From contig NW_002060950.1 in NCBI RefSeq assembly GCF_000150275.1, forward strand, positions 1,662,106 through 1,726,105: a stretch of DNA of 64,000 nucleotides, in the 5' to 3' direction. Made by a program: the position numbers and the translations under genes. Every line of letters starts with the position of its first letter. Within the stretch, counting starts at the first letter, position 1. Positions 1-11,581 of this stretch are shown piece after piece. Origin of the DNA: Trichoplax adhaerens (lineage: Eukaryota > Animalia > Placozoa). Below the pieces are notes generated by a model, which was not told the DNA's origin, did not search any database, and worked only from the letters and a program-made list of their open reading frames with translations.

Positions 1-2149
1 TCAAGCTCTCTAAAAAATGAGGCAAGAGCATGTACGAGAGTAGAAGCATTAAGCGACTTTTGTGTCGAATGAATTAGCATACCGATATTAAACTATTTCG
101 TAAGAGTAAATACTGTAAATTAATCTAGCGTACTATGTACAATTTTGATGTTGGTGAATAATTAAAATTATCGTTCAAGCAATTTAATATTAAGCGTTGT
201 ATCAGTGGCACACAGCTGGATTCAGGTTGATAATTATAATAGTTTCAATCTAGATGATATTAATTCATTCATAAAGGTAAGGTATTGCCTGGGGCGATTT
301 AATCTATCGTGAAGATGCACTTAGAGGCTTTTGATGGCATGAAGAAACGACTAGAGACTATCGTTAATAGAAGACAATGGAGTACTTTGTTCCATAGTAG
401 ATTTTTGGTTATAACTGCGAGAGGTCTGGCATTGTTATTATTTGTTCTGTTGAATAATGATGGTTGTTAAAGTTCATCAATGTATTTGTTCAAAAAGCCA
501 TTAAGGTAAACTAAGTTTAGCAGTGGAGTAGCAGTGAATAAAGCAGTCTTTTCTTTTTCGTTGACGAGATAGGTTTTATTCTTTACCGTAAATCTGACAA
601 TGTAAGTTGTGCCATTAAAAATAGGAGACGTCGATAAGATTTCTGGTGGATATGCACGTACTATTCCATTTAATTAGTAATACACTATATCATAAAAAGA
701 GATATTAATTAACATGAAATGGACCAAGTCTTAAAATGATTTTTATCGTTGTATATCGCCCCCCCCCCCACCAAAAAAAGAGGAAGTAAAAGATGGTAGA
801 ATACAGTGGTGGTAATTTTGGGACATATCTGGTGTTATCAAGTGTAATGTTTTTACTGCCGATGATACTATCTCAAGATTGAGTGACAAGGAGTGAATAA
901 AATTGGCCATTGCTTATGATTGATCAATGCTAGAGAATACTGCCATTGATCAGATCCGATCATAGAAGCACGTCTAATTACTTAATTAATCGATAACATG
1001 ATCTGCGATAGTGAATATGTACAGCATGCAAACTAAAGAATGTATCATTGATGGCATAGCATTCTTTCTTATACAGATTATATCCTTTTTCTTGAATAAA
1101 GTATTTATGATTGTAAAACATATCATTCCTACGTATGAGTTACCATTTAGGTCTTTAAACCATTTATGCGAGTACAACGATCATCATTGCAAGATAGGTT
1201 CAGCATTGGAGATGATTGAGTGCGAGGTTGCATCAATATTATAATCATTATTATTGTTAGTATGTGTGCATTTGGTGTAACACAAGAGGGAGGTAAAAGG
1301 TAGGGGGCTGCCCCCAAATCGCTTGCTATCCCTCTTGTCTATTTATTGATATCCTAGCTAAGAGAGGAGTATCTTGATTGACCTCATGTCAGTATTTTTA
1401 ACATTAATCTGAGATGTTGACCATAGGAATTTCACAAACATCCTCTATTGTTCTGCTTGATGTGAAGTATTATCAAATATATTTCATTGACAGTTTCCAG
1501 TGATTACTTTACGCTAGCTATCAAGTTAGACGGAAGTATATACTTGGTTGGCTGTTCGAATGGTTCACTAAAACAGTGGTCACCTTTTGCGCTAATTTAC
1601 CCATCAATGATACAACCCCAGTGGACAAGCAAAATGCAAACAACAATTTCAAGCAAATGCACTTACATGTTCTAAGAGGATTTTAATGTAATTTTCATGA
1701 GACTTTCTCGATTGTTTTCCTTGCTCTACATAAGTTGAAGGTAGGAAACGGCAAGCAAGAGCGAAATTTTCTACATTCATATTCTGTCATTCAAGTGGTA
1801 GAAGTAAGAGAAAATATTATTTTCAATGAAGAATTTTTCACTGCAATGGCGAATGCAAAGCGAGAGGGTTGGCCAAAGGTGGCAGTGAAGGCGAGCTGAG
1901 TGGTGCGTGTGTTGAGTAGAAAGTGAGTCGACACTTTATAAACGTACTTACAGTATAGCGTACTGTACACTGTACAGTGTGCAGTAGTAGTACGCAGACC
2001 ACAGTGTGTTCAACATGCCGAAAGCTACTGTAGCCTTCAGGAGATTTCGACTATAGTGTACACTGTATATCCGTATTTTCTATGGGCAATATGTCTTTGC
2101 CAAGAAATCAGTCCAATCCTCTCCTCACGCCATACTGTACAGTACCAGG

Positions 2150-2742
2150 TCAGACTGGACTCTGCAAGCTAGTACTAATGTACTGATTTTGCCTGGGCCT
2201 CAAGATTGTTTGTACTGTAGGTCAACCGTCCGTCCGTCTGGTCTGGTACACAGTGTACAGTGCAATCGAGGAGAGAGTTCAGTATGAAAGAGGCAAATTA
2301 AGCTTTACAAATTCTTTCAGGCATTTGATTATTTCTCGTTGAATTCTACTTTGAATTGTCTATTTTAAAAAAGAGGCAAAAGAAGCAAATTGAGCTTAAC
2401 AAATTCTTTCAGGTATTTGATTATTTCTCGTTGAATTCCATTTTGAATTGTCTTGGCAATTTTTCATTGATTTAAGGACCTCAGGCTGAACTCTGCAAGC
2501 TAGTACTGTACAGTGTACAGTACTGATTTTGTCTGGGCCTCAAGATTGTTTGTACTGTAGGTCTGTTGGACGTCCGTCTGGTCTCCTGCACACTGTACAC
2601 TGGAATCGAGGATAGAGTTCAGTATGAAAGAGGCAAATTGAGCTGTCCAAATTCTTTCAGGCATTTGATTATTTCTCGTTGAATTCCATTTTAAATTGTC
2701 TATTTTAATGTCTTGGCAATTTTTCATTGATTTAAGGACCTC
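2150..2742. repeat. Imperfect local direct duplication (period ~331 bp) with an internal ~80-bp sub-duplication
   Basis: ctctgcaagctagtact...gggcctcaagattgtttgtactgtaggtc...gagttcagtatgaaagaggcaaatt occurs at ~2160 and ~2491. caaattctttcagg(c/t)atttgattatttctcgttgaattc occurs three times (~2308, ~2400, ~2648). Confidence 0.9.
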
Positions 2743-4116
2743 GCTGCACTACTGTAGTTAGTGAGTGAGCAAGACTCTTTTTGGAAGACCTCAATGATAG
2801 TCAACTCTTACTTTTTGTACACTACAGTATATTATTATTGAAGATACGCATACAGTAAACTAGACGTACAGTACTAGAAGATTTTGAGAGCGATTTTACT
2901 TGACAGGTCCCTAAAACAGTGTTCATGCCTCGTAGAGTACTATATAACATCTCCTGTATTCTTGATAGCCTTGTATGACTCAGAGACTTGATAATAAAAG
3001 GACTTTTGCGTCTCTGCTGTGATACTGTAAACTACGAAATCATTTCAATATTGAAATGTTTTGATAATCATCGTATGTTAATTTCTTGACATCTTGGCAA
3101 GATTTGAGCCTTCAGCGGCTACTTTTATTTCAAATAGGTAAAGTTGGCAGTAATTCTTGACTACTGTACAAAGTGCTTTGTTTGGAAAGTGATATATCAT
3201 TAGTCTTGAAATTGACTTAAAATGATTCTAATTCATGATTGTCTCTAATTATACATATATATCTATAAATATTATAGCATTGTTGTTACTATATTATTGT
3301 TATTATTTATTTTAATTACACCATGTTTAAATCCAACTACTCAGCCATAAAATAGTCAATTTCTCATCCAATAAGATGGATATAAAGAGTAAAACTCAAT
3401 ACAATGACTGAGTGCTTGAAATTGGCCAAATAGGATACACTATCAAAATAGTCCAACACCAGGCTCTTCTATCGTCAAAATGCTCCCGAAATACCCCTAG
3501 GAAATGAGATTGCTTTTGCAGGCGAGGAAGAATCGTTGTGTCAACGCTAAACGCGTTGTTACGCTATAATACTGTACTATCGCATAGAGACGATTGGAAG
3601 CGTATCCTCAGTCAGACCCCGAGATTATGGACGGACAGAATCCATCCGACGCCCATCATTGTGCTTGGTTGAAAGCGGGTAGTAGTGGGTTTACGGAAGA
3701 ACAAAAATTTTCTTTTTCCTGTATATATACGCCTGTTGTAAAGGTGTACCAGATTGGAAAATAGAATACGCTACAGCACTATGCTTGCTATGTAAGAAAT
3801 TCTGTTAAGGCAACAAGATAGTTTACTGGGTGAGAATCCATATTTCCAACCAGGTTATTCGACCATCTTGATCATTTCGCATCCTATACAAAACGCTATC
3901 AATCCATCGGTCGTTCGGTATAACAGCCTATCAGGGGACTGAGGAGAGTAGAGCAGACTCAGTACGAGGAACGATCAAATTGACTGATTTTCACTTGAGC
4001 ATAACATTACTTGCTATTAGTGCATACAAATCCTCTTCACGCTGTGGAGTACACGAGCACAACTGACTAGACTGTTTGGCTTAGCTTGGAGACGATTTCC
4101 ATTTCAATTTTTCAAA

Positions 4117-6867
4117 ATGGAAAATCAAAAGCTCGAGGTAGGAAGCACTGCCGAGGTTAAAGTAGACCAGAAGGACAACGCTGTCATTGTCGTTTCTTTA
4201 AATTATCATGGCGATACTTACCGTGGAGTATTAATTAATACAACCAGCACAATACAAGCTGTTACCAGCAGGTACGTAATAAATGAATATTACTATACAG
4301 GTTATTTACTACATGCCAATCCAGAATCAGATCGATTAATAATAATATGAATTCACTTGATTGGACTGCGCTATGGATATGATGCTATTAGATCGATTGG
4401 ATATTGCTCTGATAGTCCAGTAACTTTGCTAATCAATGATCCAAATGATGTAGGCCTATGAAATTAATTGATGACCAACTGTAGAGTTGCTATTTCGTTT
4501 TGTAGTTTATGCTTACATTCAATTCCTGCTTTCGGTATCTTACCCTTATTCAACAAGTCAACATGGGTAGTGAACCCGGTAAGATAGGCAGATTTAAAAA
4601 AAAATTTTTCCTAAATCCTCTAGGATAGGACAAGGGTGAATGACCTTAGAAAATGACTTAGTTCCGATTACATTCAAACAAGTCATAAAGTGTGTCATTA
4701 GTTTGTTAAGAGATCATAATATCGATCAAATTATGATCGATCATCTGTTATCTTAGTCCAATGTTTAACTTTAACTTAAGAATGGTAGCTCAATGTCGAT
4801 ATCAAGACGAATAACCTTTTAACTGTGTTTGCTGTGTATTGGCTAAAGGCTATTAATTATGTTGCTGAAGATTAGCCAATGATGTACTTGATAGTACTGT
4901 ACTCATCTAAATTATCCGAACTTGTAACAAGTAATTATGTTAACGATATGCAGCAATCAGCGTTACTGCCATCAAAAGGTCAATTACCTTGATACAGGAA
5001 TGGTGAAGAAGTTTTCTTTATGCATTTATCCTGACTGCTTTGACTGTGGATCTGTCTCTACTTGTTGTAATTATAATGAATGAGTTAGTATACTGGTTAA
5101 AATAAGTGGAGAAAGCCAAATTATTCTACTCTAGTCATGTAGATAGTAAACGCAGAAAGAAGATGTATGCGTATGTAGAAATGATTAATTATTGTAAGTC
5201 GGTAACTGATCATTGCTTTACTTGTGTGCCTGTATACAGTACTGTATGCGTACTGTATGTCTATCAAGTAGATTTGCGCTATCTCAACCACTTCAAACGG
5301 CCGATGAAATACAGAATATTGTTGAATATCAGCCTGTTTTTACTGTTAGTCATGTCTCTTTGTCCGCAAAATTTATACATACAGCCTTTAACAGTCCATA
5401 ACAAACATTCGCGTAAAAATGGAGCAATGATTAATCCACGTATTTTATAGCAAAAAATTGTGGTATTATGACGCTGAAATACGACAACGTGCTCCAAAAT
5501 TAAAAGTTAAAACTAAACAAATTAATATACACGTATTGACCAACTTTCTTTTAGGATTTCGGTCCCTGCTTTATCCAAGAGACCTAAACCATTTCTTTGT
5601 AATACTGGTCATGGATTATGGTCTAATAGCCAATTGGGCGGTCAAACTTGTACTGAAATAACCACAGAAAATAATATAAAGATAGAAAAAGATAGCAAGT
5701 TTAGTCAAAATAACAAAATTACGGGTAGGTTCATACCTTTACATAATTATAGAAATATTACAACCTAATGACGTTACCTGTTCTACTGCTTTAAACGTTC
5801 ATAAAGTTGATAATGTGTCGAGCAATATTGAAATTGAAATACTTAATGTTGCCTTATTAGGATTAACTGAGAATACTACAAAGGCACTCAATGAAGTAAA
5901 AGAGACGATATCTAGCAGTCATAGCAAACAGGCGATAGCTGATAGCACTAAAGACGAACAAATCACTTCACAGCAAAATGCTAATTTGACTTATAGCATC
6001 CAGGAAAATAGTTTCAATACGCGGCAAAATATATCCCAAGTTAATGGCCAATCTGAGAGCTTGTTAGTTAACGATCACTCTTCAAAAGATATGCAGTGTA
6101 CTAATAAACGTATGCTATATGAAACTAACAGAGCGAGCAATATCACTAATCATGATGACAATGATAATGAAGTATCCTGTCATAGCGGTGGTAGTAACAG
6201 CACCAATTCAACTAGCAATAGGAGAAAAATGGCTAACATTAATAATAGGTATTGTCAGGGATATCATGAAATTCATAGCCAAAATAATGGACTGTCATCA
6301 AAAAGAAGGCGCCGAAGCCCGAAATTTACATCTACTTATTATTTAGCATCATCAAAGAAATCTGCTTCTATAGGCAATAGCACAATGACTAATAGTAAGA
6401 TGCCCGGACATACTGTCGATGATATATGTAACAAGTTACATGCTGTGGCCCATTCGAAAAGAAAAAACGGTAGTGATAATCGATGCGGAACAGAAAAGAA
6501 AGTTAAGGGAATGAAAATTATAAATAGTGATAATAGTAAGACTACAGTAAAATATGATCCGAGTTGTCGCACTTTTCAAGTTGGTGATATCGTTTGGGGT
6601 AAAGTACAGGGGCATCCATGGTGGCCAGGCCGGATTGTATCACTCGATGCAACGGTTGAAGAACAACATTTGTATCCGTGTAAAGCTGTTGTTGCTTGGT
6701 ATAATTCCAATACTTGCTCAATTATATCAGCAAGAAGATTGTACGATTTCGATGAAAGTTATGACTTACGGCACATGCCTAAACGGCGTGGTGCTTATCA
6801 GAAAGCTGTCGAAGATGCCTTACTTGCTAGTCGGCAACAACAATCATTTAATGTAGTAGCTAACTGA
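4117..6867 (+). CDS. PWWP-domain protein, PWWP2A/B-like (spliced; first coding exon 4117-4271, probable exon 4506-4578, large last exon ~5861-6867; middle exons unresolved)
   Basis: The last exon encodes a C-terminal PWWP domain (FQVGDIVWGKVQGHPWWPGRIV...VVAWYNS...GAYQKAVEDAL). The first exon (VKVDQKDNAVIVVSLNYHGDTYRGVL) resembles the PWWP2 N-terminal block and ends at a GT donor at 4272. The middle is low-complexity Ser/Asn/Lys-rich. Confidence 0.8.
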
Positions 6868-7732
6868 TTAACTGATTCCGTATATAAAGTTACGTACGTA
6901 TACTGTATGTAGAATAAAAAAATTTGAAAGCGAGTTTTCTACTAATCAATTGAATGTATGTTATGACTACTAACTAATACGATATGTATAAAGAAAAAAT
7001 TCTGCAAATGATAATGGTGTAATAAACAGTAACATCTTGGCGTTAATTAATAAGAAATAGCTATCAGCCAAGCTGAAGCATCTTACGTTACCTAAAACTT
7101 GATATTTATTAGTTCTTGCAGTATTTGTTCATTGCGTAATTTGTTAAATATTATTATAGCATATATATCAGATAAGTTACTAAAGTATTTTTGAAATACT
7201 AGCTCTGTATAAAGTCACTATTGTATAATATAAATATCCTGTAGAATTCCCTTCTTTTCTCATCGTCTGCCGCATATGTTGTTATACTGTAATATATGAT
7301 GTATGTATAGTATTTGCAATTCTGTTGATCAATTGAACTTAGAAATAAAAGATATTCATCAGATTTAAGAGTTATTACAGAGTTGAACAACAAATATTTT
7401 ATTAAATTAAATTTGTTCGAAAAGATACATATTACTTTCAAAGGTTTAGAGAACATAATAACGCAATAAGTATTACTGTACTGCGTGCTTCCTTTAACTA
7501 TTCTACTGTATAACATATACAAAATGAAAATTACAGGTTGTTTTATTACAGTCTGTAAATAATGACAAAAGTTCATTTTGTTATATAGATCGATATCGTA
7601 GGAATCACTTTAAAACTCATGATCTTAAAAAGCTATTTATTCGCCTTTATCAAATGCTGAAGTATTTAATGTAGTAATTTTATGGTATTGTTTACAACAT
7701 ACAATAATAAATATATCGATGATTGGAATAGG

Positions 7733-10339
7733 TTACTTTTCAAATTTTACGCTGTAAGAGTCTGTAGTCGGATCTTTATTCAATTTAAAATTGTCAGTTG
7801 ATAGGCCAAATGGGTTCAGGATCATATTACCTAAATCTTTCAATTTTCCTACAGTATATAACGATCATAAAATTAAATAATACTTCGGCTGTAGTTCTAT
7901 CAATACTTAGTGTTCATTATACTGTATGTTAAATTGTTCACAACGATAATAGTAGCGATATTGATCGAATAAAGTTTCATCATTGAGGGTAGTGAAAATA
8001 GAGCAGTACAGTACAAACCTATCATTTCATCTTTTAAACGTTCATTTCTTTCCTTAATTTCATTAGGTAATCTCTATAAAGTGAAATATGGTCAGTGATA
8101 CAATTACGCCTCGCAAATATCATTTTAGTAGGCTAACCATGACTGCTTCCCTTGCCATTTTATTGCTAGAATCTTTATTCGCCACGCTTTGGTAATCTAT
8201 AGCACATTAGAATATAAAAATTGTATTTTAGCACAGATAGTTATATGCTTAGCGAAGTCATCTTAAGATCGTTATCATCATAACATGTCTCTACTACAGT
8301 ACAATTATGTAAATCGCGGTACCTTAACGATTACTACTAACATTATGTTAATGATACTAAGATATTGATCTGGCTTTTATAATTTTAAACTACAGTACAT
8401 CATAATATACTCATATTCTACATTATAAGTAGTAGCTGTTAGTCATTTTCAATAGTTTTAATTAAGGAGAAAATTCATGACTACCTAAATTCTCGTTTAT
8501 TATACCTTATCAGTACGTATAAACGCAAATATTGCCATTAACGAACCTTGTAATGCTTCATCTAATTTGTCCAATGCTTCGTATGTTTGAGCTCGCCTAA
8601 GTAGTACTTTTACATAATCTGGATTCAAATCTAGCGCTAAAATGGTATCAACAGCAAAAACTCAGGGCACAAGTACAAAAGAACCCAATATTGAACAAAT
8701 AAGCACATTATACTCGCATATTTATTTGCTCGGTTATAATTCATAAGTTTGGATACCTGCGTTGCAATCATTCAGAGCTTCTTCATGTCTAGATAATTTC
8801 ATATAACAAGCAGCCCTATTACTATAAAAGATAGCCCTATCCGATATCATTGAGGGGAGACATTTGTAAATTGCCTCCGAATAGCATTCGATTGCATCTT
8901 TATAATCTGCAAATAGAAAAAGGTAATGTCTGAATAAATTTTACTGAACTCTCGTTGTGTGACTAATATCTGTTCAGAAGAGATTTTTCAAATAATTTTC
9001 TTCCATTCATTACATTGGAGAGTACAATTTTATCCACGTAATGCATTTTACTTTTCAATGAAGGTAATTACTGTAGTTAACAGGTAAAATAAGTTTCAAA
9101 GGAAAGAAATTCTTACCTTGTATCTCGAAAGCGGCATTACCCTTACTTTTCCATTCTAATGCTAGGCGTTTTTGCTCCTACACGCGTCAATTACATATAA
9201 GTATTTAATTTTTAGCTCAGTAATTCAACATAATTAATTAAACGACAGTCATATCCGCATAAAACTACTGCCATTTCGATAATGGCTTTACTATTACAGA
9301 AAGGATACACAACGAGGTGAATACATGCACGGTATAAAATTGGATTCGATTAATCGGGTTATATCGTTGGCAATTTGGTTTTTAATGGTAATAATAATGG
9401 TAATTAAATGCCTACGAATACAACCGCAACCCTACGTACTGTAGAATACTTGACTATCTAAAGTAGTTGGCTAACAGAGATTTAATACCGTCCCACAATT
9501 TCTATATCAGATTGAAAGATGATACGTACGACGTACGCTGTTAATAGCTTTCATTTAATAAATTAGCCTTTCTCATAGTACGTATGTATGTACAGTAAAT
9601 TGTGAAGCAAATCGTCATTTCTTGATTACTGCAATACTATGCAAGTATCTATTCCTTGTTACAAGGTACCATAATAAGTTAGTCGATCATCATTAGTCAT
9701 TTATGTGCGCCTTCCAAATTTTCTTATGCAGTTGCCGCGACTTTGGATCAACTTACATCTCGATATACACTGAAAAGCTACTTTACTTTCTTCTACAATA
9801 ACGTTGTCCTATTTAAAAGGAAAGCTTTCACTTCGTCGACGATCTTATCATAATTATTACGATGACGATGATAATGATATTTTCAGTACTACGATGAAAA
9901 TAAGATAGTACTATAATACAGTCGTTCAACGCCATAACAAACGATATAATTGGGAACTTCATTACTGATTACAAGTAGCAAAGAATTGCATGTCAATAAG
10001 CACTTGTCTACGTAGACTTTGGTAATTACTTTCTCAACTTGATCCGTACTTTAGTGTAGCCGAAAATAATTTCTTAGTTGGAAAGGGCGGGTTTGATTTT
10101 ACTCGTCTCCGACATAATAATTTGTTAAATTATAATCGTTATTATTACTATACGATACGTTTAAACAAACTCGATATAGACAGCACCTGCTTTTCATCAT
10201 CAGTAAGTAAAGCCTCTTTTTCAGCTGTTATTTCCATTTTATTCATCTTTTCCTCTTTAACTTCTTTACTAACATCATCTTCTGATGATAAATCCTTGGT
10301 CTCGTCCAAAGATCTCTCTTCCCTTTGATCGGTCGCCAT
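7733..10339 (-). CDS. TTC1: Tetratricopeptide repeat protein 1 (7 exons: 10187-10339, 9117-9177, ~8757-8906, ~8507-8637, ~8138-8197, ~8018-8073, 7733-~7848)
   Basis: The spliced translation gives an acidic N-terminus, then [29 protein letters not shown]...[13 protein letters not shown] (TPR), then the diagnostic C-terminus [56 protein letters not shown]. Confidence 0.93.
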
Positions 10340-11581
10340 GACTAGGTTCAGGTCGGAGGTGCGAGTGATAGAGCCACTGCACAGTACTGAACAGTGAACA
10401 TGATACGGGTACGGATGGTACCTTGGTCAGGACTACTACGTTGCTGTAGTTGATAGTATTCACTACCACTAAGAAGCGTGACATGGACCATACTACTGTA
10501 TTGGTTAGGGAAAGTACTGCAGCTATAGCGGATATCGACTTCGTTTTTCATTTTGGTTTCACTTTCTGGTAAGCTTTAATATGCAAAATTAAAGCTTATA
10601 GTATACATTGGGTTTTTGCCTAGGAAAGTAGACCATTTATGCCATATACAGTATGGAGTTTGCAGTAGTTGTACACTGCGATAGTACAGTACAGTACACT
10701 AAATTGTTTGTTGACTAAAATGGAATATTAAGGCTGCTACTTTACTAATTGACTTACAGAGTTACAGCCCATATTCGTACTGTGTTGATTTATAAACAAT
10801 CATTTCTAGAATCAGTCTACTAAAATTGATATCTCAATATCGAAATGTCCAATAACGTGACCATCGTAAGCGCAAAATACCATAAACTGTGAAGTCAGTT
10901 CATTAATAATGTATAAAACATGGATTACATTCGATTTATACCGTACCTACGCAATGCTATTTCATTACTTAATTTGTGGTTGCATGATTAGAACTATGTT
11001 TCAAATAATGCAAACACTTGGATTTATTTTAGTCAATATATACCGTGATTGGGTAGTTTGAAAGAATGGAAGATATTTTACTTTACAGTAAAGAATAGGT
11101 ATACACGTATAGGTTAATGCAGTAGTAATGTTTAACTTATAGTTAAAACATTCCCATCGACGAATAATATTGTTAATTGTAGTATTTTCAAAGTTGTCAT
11201 GGATAAGAAATTTAAAACTAGTTTGCAATAAATTTTTGATTCATTATTTATGCGATGGAATAGCGCATAGCGTCTCATTGAATTTTTAAAAATTTACCCA
11301 ATATTTTACAAATTATACATGCACTCATTAACAGAACATTTTCATTAAAATACAACCGATGAATATATATTCCAACATAACATTTCTACATTTACAGATC
11401 TGTTTACTACTCGCACCCATAATTAATTATATCATGATTGTTACATTACTGGCTGATAAATACCATTCTGAATAAATACATTTCTACAGATCTTTTATAT
11501 GATAGTGCAATCGATTTGGATTTACTAATTTCTCATTGATATGAAAAGAGAAGCTGAAATTAAAGATACATCAAGTAGTTA

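Noticed and set aside
7199-7576. 125-aa minus-strand ORF between PWWP2-like and TTC1
   Set aside because: AT-rich, Ile/Tyr/Phe-biased composition typical of 3' UTR sequence; no motif.
9299-9308. GTATCCTTT U12-type donor consensus on the minus strand in TTC1 intron 1
   Set aside because: It is not at an exon boundary; the TTC1 model splices in frame with ordinary GT-AG sites.
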